In this document: in pieces, positions 14,291 through 21,964 of the stretch
How the letters are laid out: every line of letters begins with the position of its first letter
Position numbering within the stretch: the first letter of the stretch is position 1
Origin: Erysipelotrichaceae bacterium
GTDB lineage: Bacteria > Bacillota_I > Bacilli_A > Erysipelotrichales > Coprobacillaceae
NCBI GenBank assembly: GCA_021201315.1
Contig: JAJQFG010000120.1
Location: 54,653 to 78,652 of the forward strand
Length of the DNA: 24,000 nt
Direction: 5' to 3'
Made by a program: the position numbers and the translations under genes
The notes under the pieces: model-generated
Databases searched by the model: none
What the model was told of the DNA's origin: nothing
Seen by the model: only the letters and a program-made list of their open reading frames with translations

Positions 14291-17105
14291 ATTCGCTTTC
14301 TTCTTCCTCATTATTATTTTGTTGAGTAGAATTGTTAGTATTGTTTTGTGAGTTAGTAGTATTAGAATTATCAGTTGTATTATTTGTTTCATTAGAAGTA
14401 ACAGGCTCATCAGCAGTCTTAAATGTATGAGAATTAAGTTCTCTTACAGTGCCAGCAATTGTGGTTTCACTAAACGTTGTTGTGTAACTTGTAGATGGCT
14501 TTAAACCACTGAAGGTTACAGTACTATTTTCACTAATTGTTTTACTTGCACCATTGAGTTCAACAGTAACGCTACTTCCACTAGGTACATTAATTGTATA
14601 ACTGATGGAATCAGTTGTAGGAGTACTTGCACTGTAGGTTGCAGGATCTTTACTATCAACAACAATACTTTGACTTATCTTGTTAGAAGTTGAAGATGTA
14701 TTACTTTCATAAGCATAATAACCAGTAACTGTATAATTACCAGGTGATAAACTATAATCCAATGTAGCACTATTGCTTGATAATGTTTCACTGTGAACTA
14801 CACTACCACTTTCATCAGCTATTTCCACCATATAAACAACACTACCATAAACCTGATTAATATCACCATAATAAGGTAATGTATAACTCTTACCATTAAC
14901 TTTATAAGTTTTTGTTGGAGTGCCAGAAGTATAGCTTTCTGACAATTTCGTAAATGTAACTTTTACTTGAGTATCATTCACAACTTCAGCTGTAAACTCT
15001 GATAAACTCTTAATACTTGCACCACTTACAGTACCACTAGGTGTATTATTAGACTTAAAATAACCTGAAACAACACGATTGCTAGGTACACCACTTCCAG
15101 CTTTAACATATGGATAAATACCAGAAACACAAGATGCTTTAACAACACCACTTGGTTGACTAGGATAACTATTTTTAACGCCATCACTATGTAAATATTT
15201 CGCAATCAATGCCGATATTTGTGCAGCAGGTTTACCTGTTGGATAATAACCAAGTTTTTGTGCTTCCGAGTTATAACCACACCAGACACTCCAAGAATAA
15301 TCAGGTGAATAAGCTGCCATCCATAAATCTTTATTCTTACCTACTAAATTTTTATTAGAAGTTGAAGAATCATGATTAGATGTACCAGTCTTAGCACCAA
15401 TTTGATAACCTAAATTCAAATAAGAATAATTACCACTACCAGTTTTAACATAACTAGTCATAACTGAACGAATCATAAATGCTGATTCCTCGGATAAAGC
15501 CTGAACACTATTTTCCTGAGCTTCTTCATCAATATAAATAACTTCACCGGTATCTAATAATTCAATCTTCTCTACAGTATGAGGTTCAATATAAGTACCA
15601 CCATTTGCAATGGCTGCATAAGCAGCTGCTTCTTCTTCAGGCGTAACACCAGTATTCCAAGAACCAATGGCATAACCCAAATTGAAATCCTCTTCATACA
15701 TATCAAAACCAAAACCTTCCATATATGAAACCATTTCACTTGTACCTACTTCATCCACAACTTCACTTAAAGTCTGTATAGCAGCCAAGTTCCATGACTG
15801 TACCAAAGCTTCTGTGACCGATACATCACCATGATATTGATTATCCCAATTCTTTGGTGTCCAGCTACCTTGACTATAAGGTACATCATGAACATAATGA
15901 GCTGTTGAATAATCTAAATATTCAAAAGCTGAAGCATAAGCCACAATTGGTTTTAAAGAAGAACCTGGAGAATTACGTTGACCATAATTATAACTTGGAT
16001 CTGTTGCAGCTAATTCCTTACTAGCAGCATAAGCATAACTAGTACCCATAGCTACATAATCTCTTGCTGCTAATACACCTACAATTCTACCAGTCGTTGA
16101 CTCTTGAACACTTGCCCCTGTTTGCAAATATTCATCAGGAAAATCAAAAACATCACCATTAGCTATCTCATCTAAATAGTTTTGTAATCCAGTATCAATA
16201 TAAGTCGTAATAACCATTGGCGTAGAAGCAGGATCATAACCAGTTTTTTCATAAACTTCTCTAGTCACTTTATCAGCATAAGCTTGATATTGGCTACTAG
16301 CTGATAAAGAATGATAATTTAAAGTATTTTCAACAGGAATAGATTTAGCATCTTCACATTCCTGTTCACTAATATAACCATGATATGCCATTAAATCCAA
16401 AACCGTATCTCTTCTACTTTGAGCAGCTTCTAAATTATTAAAAGGATCATATCTATTAGGATTATTAATCGCTCCAGCCAACAATGCTGCCTCAGGTAGG
16501 GTAATATTTTCTACCGCTTTACCAAAATAATATTGACAAGCTGCATAGATACCAATTGCATTAATACCACTACCAAAATAAACCTTATTTAAATACAATT
16601 CTAGTATCTCTTCTTTAGTCGTTTGTGAAGTTGCTTCTATCGAAAGAATCACTTCTCCTACTTTTCTTGTAATAGTTTGCTCGGCATCTGGATAATATGA
16701 TTTTTTGATAGTTTGTTGGGTAATGGTAGAACCTCCAGCAGTAATACCGCCAGCCGCAATATTTCCCATCAAAGCTTTGATAATTCTTGGTACATCAAAT
16801 CCGTTATGCTCAAAATAACGTGAATCTTCTGCAGAAAGTACAGCATCAATAAGTACTTGAGGAATATCATCATAATCTACATTTTTCTTAACCCCTTCAC
16901 TACCATAATAATAATATTCATTACCATCCTGGTCGACTTGCATAGATGATTCACTATTCAAAAGCTTATCTTTAGAAAAACCCTCTACTTGTTGGATAAC
17001 GCCATATCCAAAATAAATACTTGCAGAAGCAATAACAATCATCACAACCATTAAAATAATTTTTATTATTTTAAATAAGTGTTGACGATCTTTCAACTTA
17101 TTCAT
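14289..17105 (-). CDS. ponA: Bifunctional class A penicillin-binding protein 1A (GT51 transglycosylase plus transpeptidase) with a long C-terminal extension
   Basis: An N-terminal TM segment is followed by GT51 motifs (SAEDSRYFEHNGFD, GGSTITQQ) and the transpeptidase motifs SSLKP (SxxK), SWN (SxN) and KTGTS (KTG). The C-terminal ~300 aa are beta-rich and Fn3-like, ending in an N/T/S/Q-rich tail. Confidence 0.93.
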   Translation of the reverse strand: MNKLKDRQHLFKIIKIILMVVMIVIASASIYFGYGVIQQVEGFSKDKLLNSESSMQVDQDGNEYYYYGSEGVKKNVDYDDIPQVLIDAVLSAEDSRYFEHNGFDVPRIIKALMGNIAAGGITAGGSTITQQTIKKSYYPDAEQTITRKVGEVILSIEATSQTTKEEILELYLNKVYFGSGINAIGIYAACQYYFGKAVENITLPEAALLAGAINNPNRYDPFNNLEAAQSRRDTVLDLMAYHGYISEQECEDAKSIPVENTLNYHSLSASSQYQAYADKVTREVYEKTGYDPASTPMVITTYIDTGLQNYLDEIANGDVFDFPDEYLQTGASVQESTTGRIVGVLAARDYVAMGTSYAYAASKELAATDPSYNYGQRNSPGSSLKPIVAYASAFEYLDYSTAHYVHDVPYSQGSWTPKNWDNQYHGDVSVTEALVQSWNLAAIQTLSEVVDEVGTSEMVSYMEGFGFDMYEEDFNLGYAIGSWNTGVTPEEEAAAYAAIANGGTYIEPHTVEKIELLDTGEVIYIDEEAQENSVQALSEESAFMIRSVMTSYVKTGSGNYSYLNLGYQIGAKTGTSNHDSSTSNKNLVGKNKDLWMAAYSPDYSWSVWCGYNSEAQKLGYYPTGKPAAQISALIAKYLHSDGVKNSYPSQPSGVVKASCVSGIYPYVKAGSGVPSNRVVSGYFKSNNTPSGTVSGASIKSLSEFTAEVVNDTQVKVTFTKLSESYTSGTPTKTYKVNGKSYTLPYYGDINQVYGSVVYMVEIADESGSVVHSETLSSNSATLDYSLSPGNYTVTGYYAYESNTSSTSNKISQSIVVDSKDPATYSASTPTTDSISYTINVPSGSSVTVELNGASKTISENSTVTFSGLKPSTSYTTTFSETTIAGTVRELNSHTFKTADEPVTSNETNNTTDNSNTTNSQNNTNNSTQQNNNEEEESE

Positions 17106-17698
17106 TGATTCCCCTCCTTAAAATAAAACTCATCTAAAATTTTTAAATAATCTAATCTAGGCTGATATCCTTGAGGAATTAAATGTCCTAGAGATTTTAT
17201 TGTATCATAAGTCATTGATTTACGAGAAGCATGATAATATTCATCTACCATATATGAAGCATCCAATAGATAAACCTCATTCAAATGGGTAAAAGCAATA
17301 ATCACAAAAGCAATACCACCATGTTTGATAATTCTTGCTAAATGATCAATCTGATGTTTTGAAATATTACTAAATGGAAATGTTTTAGCTTTTGTTTCTT
17401 TAGCTTCAAAATCAACATATTTTCCTCTATAAATACCATTATAATCTGTTGTTGAAGGTGTTTTATAATAAGCTTCTACAATTTTAGCAGCTTCACGCTT
17501 TGGATAATCAACTTTGACAATTTGTATTGGTGTTGGTTTTTTATAAATAACAGCTTTATCATTGGCTAAATAATATTGATTAGATAGAGAAATATCTTCT
17601 TCTAAAGACATGCCTCGATGAGCTGTATAATGTTTTTCGTTATGGGTATCATGAATAATCGGGTGGGATTTCTTCATATTAGGGTAATTAACCATCAT
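17102..17698 (-). CDS. recU: Holliday junction resolvase RecU
   Basis: ..RGMSLEEDISLSNQYYLANDKAVIYKKPTPIQIVKVDYPKREAAKIVEAYYKTPSTTDYNGIYRGKYVDFEAKETK.. is collinear with B. subtilis RecU. The gene overlaps the ponA start by 4 nt (ATGA), the classic recU-ponA operon arrangement. Confidence 0.9.
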   Translation of the reverse strand: MMVNYPNMKKSHPIIHDTHNEKHYTAHRGMSLEEDISLSNQYYLANDKAVIYKKPTPIQIVKVDYPKREAAKIVEAYYKTPSTTDYNGIYRGKYVDFEAKETKAKTFPFSNISKHQIDHLARIIKHGGIAFVIIAFTHLNEVYLLDASYMVDEYYHASRKSMTYDTIKSLGHLIPQGYQPRLDYLKILDEFYFKEGNQ

Positions 17699-17723
17699 CT
17701 CATCCTTTCTCGTATTTTTATTT

Positions 17724-17752
17724 ATTATATCATAAATTTTACTGACTTTTAA
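17724..17752 (-). promoter_or_regulatory. Sigma-A promoter of recU-ponA (minus strand)
   Basis: On the minus strand: TTAAAA, a 17-nt spacer, then TATAAT preceded by TG (TGATATAAT). Confidence 0.5.
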
Positions 17753-17788
17753 AAAAACTATATATTTTCTTAATTTTTAAAAAAATTC

Positions 17789-17816
17789 TTGCATTTATAT
17801 CCTATTTTTGTAAAAT
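17789..17816 (+). promoter_or_regulatory. Sigma-A promoter of gpsB
   Basis: TTGCAT (17789-17794), a 16-nt spacer, then TAAAAT (17811-17816) with TG at 17809-17810. Confidence 0.55.
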
Positions 17817-17840
17817 AGATTAAGAAAGGCTGATGATAAT

Positions 17841-18173
17841 ATGACAAATAAAATTAAATTAAGTCCAAAAAAAATTCTTAATAAACAATTCCAGGTTGAT
17901 TTTAAAGGCTATAATGCAAGTGAAGTTGATTATTTCTTAGATACTGTAAGAGAAGATTATGAAACTTTTGCAGCTATGCTTAATGAATCATATGAACAAA
18001 ATGAAAATCTTCAAAAAGAAAATAAAGAATTAAAAATGAAAATATCCAAATTAGAAAAAGAACAATCTATTCAACAAGAAAGTATTCGTTCTATGGAAGA
18101 AAATATTTCTTCTGATGTTGATATATTAAAACGTATCTCTAATTTAGAAAAAGAAGTTTACAAAGATAAGTAG
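17841..18173 (+). CDS. gpsB: Cell-cycle / PBP1-shuttling protein GpsB (DivIVA-domain)
   Basis: KLSPKKILNKQFQVDFKGYNASEVDYFLDTVREDYE is the DivIVA/GpsB N-terminal domain, followed by a coiled coil. It is divergent from recU-ponA and precedes rnpB, as in Bacillus. Confidence 0.88.
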   Translation: MTNKIKLSPKKILNKQFQVDFKGYNASEVDYFLDTVREDYETFAAMLNESYEQNENLQKENKELKMKISKLEKEQSIQQESIRSMEENISSDVDILKRISNLEKEVYKDK

Positions 18174-18191
18174 AATTTACTTGTCTTTTTT
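18165..18191 (+). terminator. Intrinsic terminator after gpsB
   Basis: GATAAGTA-GAATT-TACTTGTC (one G-U pair) followed by TTTTTT. Confidence 0.55.
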
Positions 18192-18209
18192 ATTGAAATT
18201 TTGTAAAAT
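18181..18209 (+). promoter_or_regulatory. Promoter of rnpB
   Basis: TTGTCT (18181-18186), a 17-nt spacer, then TAAAAT (18204-18209) with TG at 18202-18203. The predicted start near 18216 coincides with the 5' strand of helix P1. Confidence 0.55.
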
Positions 18210-18215
18210 TACTTT

Positions 18216-18540
18216 GCTCATGAGAATCGATTGCTGGAAACAGAGGAAAGTCCGCCCATCCACAATCTGCGATGATTGTAGTGTTTGTACTACATCTAAT
18301 AAATGTAGGCTTTAAGACGACAGACCTAAGACCTAAACGTAAGCATGGTTGATAAGTCATAAAGTGCCACAGAAACGAAGTCTTTTTGAAAAGAAAGAAT
18401 GAAAAGAGGTAAACTCTGCAAGGATGAAACCCAAATAATGGTAGGGGAACTTCAGATAGGGAAATGAACCGACATGAAGATGCTATGCATAGATAAATAA
18501 TCGATTGAAAAACAGAATGCGGCTTATCAGAATGAGCATT
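18216..18540 (+). ncRNA. rnpB: RNase P RNA (bacterial, Bacillus/type-B-like, compact at about 325 nt)
   Basis: Universally conserved GAGGAAAGTCCG (18243-18254), AAAGTGCCACAGAAACGAAGTC, GGTAAAC...GAAACCCAAATAATGGTAGGGGAAC and ACAGAATGCGGCTTA are present. P1 is TGCTCAT (18215-18221) paired with ATGAGCA (18532-18538). P2 is AATCGATT paired with AATCGATT. End positions are accurate to within a few nt. Confidence 0.9.
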
Positions 18541-18541
18541 T

Positions 18542-18563
18542 GCCGATTAAAAATCGGCTTTTT
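18542..18563 (+). terminator. Intrinsic terminator after rnpB
   Basis: GCCGATT-AAA-AATCGGC followed by TTTTT. Confidence 0.75.
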
Positions 18564-18623
18564 ATATATATTTATAAAAAATTCATAACTAAGACACAAA
18601 TTCATAAAATAATAGTGTTGGAG

Positions 18624-18652
18624 TTGTCAAAAATGTTAAATTGTGCTTTAAT
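18624..18652 (+). promoter_or_regulatory. Sigma-A promoter of the rodZ-like/pgsA/cinA-like/recA unit
   Basis: TTGTCA (18624-18629), a 17-nt spacer, then TTTAAT (18647-18652) with TG at 18644-18645. Confidence 0.45.
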
Positions 18653-18710
18653 AGAAGTGATAAAAAAGTGATGACAAGTGTGAATGAATAAAATGCAAGG
18701 AGGAAACTTT

Positions 18711-19700
18711 GTGGATAATTTGGGCGACGCTATTAGACAAAAAAGAGAAGCGAAAAATCTTACAATTGAAGAATTATCAGCCGCAACAAAGATATCTGTA
18801 GCGGTTTTAAAAGATATAGAAGAAGGTAAACTAGATCGTTATAAAGGTGATGAAGCCTATGTTAAAATGTATTTGAAGAAGATTTCAGGTGTTTTAGATT
18901 TTGAACAAACGGAATTAGAAGAATTGACTTCCCAATATATGGCTTTAACACGAGAATTAGAGATTGAAGATCTTAAGGATAAAGAAATGAAAGAACAGCA
19001 TAATAAAGATGCTGTAAGTAGAAGTAAAAATCTTAAATTTGAAAAACCACATTTAGCTAGACATGATTCTGTCTATGAAGATAAACAACATGTTAAAATT
19101 ATTCGTGGAGGTATTATTTTAGCATTGGTTGTAGCTATTATTGCAGTTGTTTGGTTTGGCGTTTATTTTACGAGTAAGCAAAGTAATGATCCTACTTTTG
19201 AATCAACAACCAATACCTCAACTGAAGGCGATATTGATACAAATGATAATGATGATACTGAAAGTGAAGTAACGGATAATGAAGATGATGATAAAACTGA
19301 TGAAACAACAAGTACTGATGTTACAATTGTAAGAAATGATGTTTTAGACTATAGTTTTTCTTTACCAGAAGGAACAACTACATTTACTTTTACAATTGAA
19401 TATTATGATGCATGTTGGGCTTCAATGAGTGTCAATGGGGAATCTTATGATTCATTTGTATCTAAGATTTATCATGATGAAAGTGAGTATACTGATGAAA
19501 CTGAAGCAGAAACTGTTATTTTAGAATTTAATGTTGATGAATTTGAATCATTAAATTTACGTAATGGTAATAATGGTACACAAAAATATTTTATTAATAA
19601 TCAAGAAATAGAATTAACGGATGAAGATACATATGATCCTAATCCATGTAATTTTATCTTAACCTTAGAAAGTGATACAAGCAATGAATCTACCGAATAA
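18711..19700 (+). CDS. rodZ: RodZ-like cytoskeleton protein (XRE-type HTH, single TM, C-terminal beta domain)
   Basis: LGDAIRQKREAKNLTIEELSAATKISVAVLKDIEEGK is the HTH domain, followed by the TM segment GGIILALVVAIIAVVWFGVYF, a D/E/T-rich linker and a DUF4115-like C-terminus. GTG 18711 sits 6-7 nt after AAGGAGG, so the track ATG 18684 is probably too far upstream. Its position upstream of pgsA-cinA-recA matches B. subtilis ymfM. Confidence 0.8.
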   Translation: MDNLGDAIRQKREAKNLTIEELSAATKISVAVLKDIEEGKLDRYKGDEAYVKMYLKKISGVLDFEQTELEELTSQYMALTRELEIEDLKDKEMKEQHNKDAVSRSKNLKFEKPHLARHDSVYEDKQHVKIIRGGIILALVVAIIAVVWFGVYFTSKQSNDPTFESTTNTSTEGDIDTNDNDDTESEVTDNEDDDKTDETTSTDVTIVRNDVLDYSFSLPEGTTTFTFTIEYYDACWASMSVNGESYDSFVSKIYHDESEYTDETEAETVILEFNVDEFESLNLRNGNNGTQKYFINNQEIELTDEDTYDPNPCNFILTLESDTSNESTE

Positions 19701-20277
19701 ACTAACGACGATTCGCTTAATCAGTGTACCAATATTTATTATTATTTATTTATTTCCTTATGAAACAATGGGCATTTCTATACCAACATATCAGATTTTA
19801 TCTACTAATCTTTCTTTATTAGATATTATATTATTTATTATATTTGCATTAAGTTCGTTGACGGACTATTTAGATGGCTATTTAGCAAGAAAAAATAATA
19901 TGATTACAACTTTTGGTAAGTTTGTAGATCCAATTGCGGATAAACTTATAGTTAATTGTACGATTTTATTATTAGCATCTTCTTCTAGAATTTCTATCAT
20001 TATTCCTATTATTATGATATCAAGAGATACAATTGTGGATGCTATTAGAATGATGGCAAGTCAAAGAAATGTTGTTTTAGCAGCTAGTTATTTAGGTAAG
20101 GCTAAAACCATGACGCAAATGATAGCTATTTGTATTTTATTACTTAATAATGTTGGTTTTAGTGCATTGGGTATTCCAATGGATCAAATTATGATATGGA
20201 TAGCAACACTAATATCTGCTATTAGTGGTATTGATTATTTTATGAAGAATAGTCAGTATATTTTTGAGAGTATGTAA
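19684..20277 (+). CDS. pgsA: CDP-diacylglycerol--glycerol-3-phosphate 3-phosphatidyltransferase
   Basis: MNLPNKLTTIRLISVPIF...DYLDGYLARKNNMITTFGKFVDPIADK carries the CDP-alcohol phosphatidyltransferase motif D(x2)DG(x2)AR...G(x3)D(x3)D. The sequence is collinear with B. subtilis PgsA starting at MFNLPNK. Confidence 0.9.
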   Translation: MNLPNKLTTIRLISVPIFIIIYLFPYETMGISIPTYQILSTNLSLLDIILFIIFALSSLTDYLDGYLARKNNMITTFGKFVDPIADKLIVNCTILLLASSSRISIIIPIIMISRDTIVDAIRMMASQRNVVLAASYLGKAKTMTQMIAICILLLNNVGFSALGIPMDQIMIWIATLISAISGIDYFMKNSQYIFESM

Positions 20278-20711
20278 TGGATGAACTTATTCGTGCTTTG
20301 ATTGCTAAGAAGTTATCTTTGAGTTGTATTGATTTTTTAGGCGTTGATTTTGCCAGTCATTTGGGTGTGGATAATAGTGAAATTTATAAAGGAACATTAT
20401 CTTCATCCCATCAAGATGTATTGACAGTATTCTTAGATATCAATCAAAATGTATTGAATTATTATGGTTTTAATAGCCAGGAAGTTGTTGGTTTAATGGC
20501 TATTAATGGAAAAGAAAAATTTCAAAGTGATATATGCCTTGCTTATAGTGGAACTTTATCGTATGAAGAAAATGATATCTTTCTAGCAGTCGCATATAAA
20601 GAAAAGGTTTCAACATTCTGTTTTCAACTTTCTAGTAAACGCACATTAAATATTGAACAGGCGATTCTACTTGGAATTGAAAAAACATTAAGAATGATTA
20701 ATGAAATATAA
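20277..20711 (+). CDS. CinA C-terminal (PncC-like) domain remnant, highly diverged and probably non-catalytic
   Basis: The 144-aa product occupies the cinA slot between pgsA and recA. Its length and hydrophobic pattern ([14 protein letters not shown]....G..S.EVVGLMA.....[10 protein letters not shown]......IFLAV...) parallel the CinA C-domain. The AESCTGG motif is replaced by SCIDFLGVD, and there is no N-terminal MoCF/CinA domain. The start overlaps the pgsA stop (TAATG). Confidence 0.5.
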   Translation: MDELIRALIAKKLSLSCIDFLGVDFASHLGVDNSEIYKGTLSSSHQDVLTVFLDINQNVLNYYGFNSQEVVGLMAINGKEKFQSDICLAYSGTLSYEENDIFLAVAYKEKVSTFCFQLSSKRTLNIEQAILLGIEKTLRMINEI

Positions 20712-20725
20712 AAGGAGGTAGCGTT

Positions 20726-21778
20726 ATGGCTGAAAGAAAAGTAAAGAAAACAGATATTGAAGATGACAGAAGAGAAAAAGATTTAAATGATGCCATTAAA
20801 CAGATTGAAAAGCAGTTTGGCAAAGGTTCTGTTATGAAGTTAGGAGATCGAGTTGCGGTGGATGTAGATGTGATTTCTACAGGTTCATTAACTTTAGATG
20901 CTGCACTTGGTATTGGTGGTTATCCTAAGGGTCGTATTATTGAAATCTATGGTCCTGAATCTAGTGGTAAGACGACATTGACTTTGCATGCTATTGCTGA
21001 AGTACAAAAACAAGGTGGACGTGCTGCATTTATTGATGCGGAACATGCAATTGATCCAGTTTATGCGAAAAACTTAGGGGTTGATGTTGATGAACTTATT
21101 TTGTCACAACCAGATAGTGGTGAACAAGGATTGGCTATTGCAGAAACATTGATTAAAAGTAATGCGATTGATTTGGTTGTTGTTGACTCCGTTGCTGCAT
21201 TAGTACCTCAAAATGAATTAGATGGTGAAATCAGTGATAACTCTGTAGGACTTCAAGCAAGAATGATGTCAAAAGCTATGCGTCGTTTATCAGGATTAAT
21301 TAATAAGACATCTTGTTCTATTATCTTTATCAATCAATTAAGAGAAAAGATTGGTATTATGTATGGTAATCCTGAAACAACTACTGGTGGTCGTGCATTA
21401 AAATTCTATTCTTCTGTACGTATTGAAATTAGACGTGGTGAACAAATTAAGAATGGCACTGAGGTAATTGGTAATAAAGCCAATATCAAAGTTGTCAAAA
21501 ACAAAGTTGCACCACCATTCAAAACAACTCAAGTAGACATTATCTATGGTAAAGGCATTGCTAGAGATGGTGAAGTTATTGATTTAGCTGCAGAAAATGA
21601 TATCATTGATAAATCTGGTTCATGGTATGCTTATCAAGGTGAAAAGATTGGTCAAGGTCGTGAAAATGTTAAGAAATACATGGCTGAACATCCTGATGTC
21701 TTTGCAGAAGTTGAAGCAAAAGTCCGAGCTTTATTATTCCCTAGTGATGAAATTGAAACTGAAAATGTAGAAGCATAA
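20726..21778 (+). CDS. recA: Recombinase RecA
   Basis: Walker [11 protein letters not shown], Walker [11 protein letters not shown], plus [12 protein letters not shown] and [10 protein letters not shown]. The full-length 350-aa product is canonical. AAGGAGG lies upstream. Confidence 0.97.
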   Translation: MAERKVKKTDIEDDRREKDLNDAIKQIEKQFGKGSVMKLGDRVAVDVDVISTGSLTLDAALGIGGYPKGRIIEIYGPESSGKTTLTLHAIAEVQKQGGRAAFIDAEHAIDPVYAKNLGVDVDELILSQPDSGEQGLAIAETLIKSNAIDLVVVDSVAALVPQNELDGEISDNSVGLQARMMSKAMRRLSGLINKTSCSIIFINQLREKIGIMYGNPETTTGGRALKFYSSVRIEIRRGEQIKNGTEVIGNKANIKVVKNKVAPPFKTTQVDIIYGKGIARDGEVIDLAAENDIIDKSGSWYAYQGEKIGQGRENVKKYMAEHPDVFAEVEAKVRALLFPSDEIETENVEA

Positions 21779-21797
21779 GCCTCATTGAGGCTTTTTC
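21777..21797 (+). terminator. Intrinsic terminator after recA
   Basis: AAGCCTC-ATT-GAGGCTT overlaps the stop codon and is followed by TTTTC. Confidence 0.7.
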
Positions 21798-21851
21798 TTA
21801 TAGAAAAATAATACATATCTGAATTGCGTAAAATGTAAAAATAGCTTTTTT

Positions 21852-21884
21852 ACAAATTGTAATTTTTATAATATTACAATTTGT
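21852..21884. repeat. Perfect 12-bp inverted repeat with a 9-nt spacer containing TATAAT
   Basis: ACAAATTGTAAT (21852-21863) / TTTTATAAT / ATTACAATTTGT (21873-21884). The arms are exact reverse complements. Confidence 0.9.
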
Positions 21885-21929
21885 TTTATATTTTATGATG
21901 GATGAAAACAATTGAATGAAAAAATTTCA

Positions 21930-21958
21930 TTGCTTTTTAGCTATAATTTAGCTATAAT
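21930..21958 (+). promoter_or_regulatory. Sigma-A promoter of the T-box leader / alaS
   Basis: TTGCTT (21930-21935), a 17-nt spacer, then TATAAT (21953-21958). The spacer contains a tandem copy of TTAGCTATAAT, which provides a second TATAAT at 21942-21947. Confidence 0.6.
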
Positions 21959-21964
21959 GACTTA

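Noticed and set aside
18579-18607. Direct repeat AAATTCATAA x2 (18579-18588 and 18598-18607) between the rnpB terminator and the rodZ-like promoter
   Set aside because: It is a short AT-rich 10-mer that could recur by chance in this composition. It has no dyad symmetry and does not overlap the promoter. This is not enough to call a binding site.
459-19683. Upstream-extended start codons in the ORF track (459, 1875, 4473, 6981, 9865, 11406, 12556, 13542, 18684, 19672)
   Set aside because: In each case an internal ATG or GTG with a proper SD matches the N-terminus of the known family. The extension overlaps the preceding gene, a terminator or a promoter.
21894-21948. Mini-ORFs in the recA-alaS spacer (ATGATGGATGAAAACAATTGA encoding MMDENN, and ATGAAAAAATTTCATTGC... 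encoding MKKFHCFLAII)
   Set aside because: Neither has an SD. They overlap a hairpin and the promoter -35/-10 elements and are too short to evaluate. T-box leaders do not need leader peptides.
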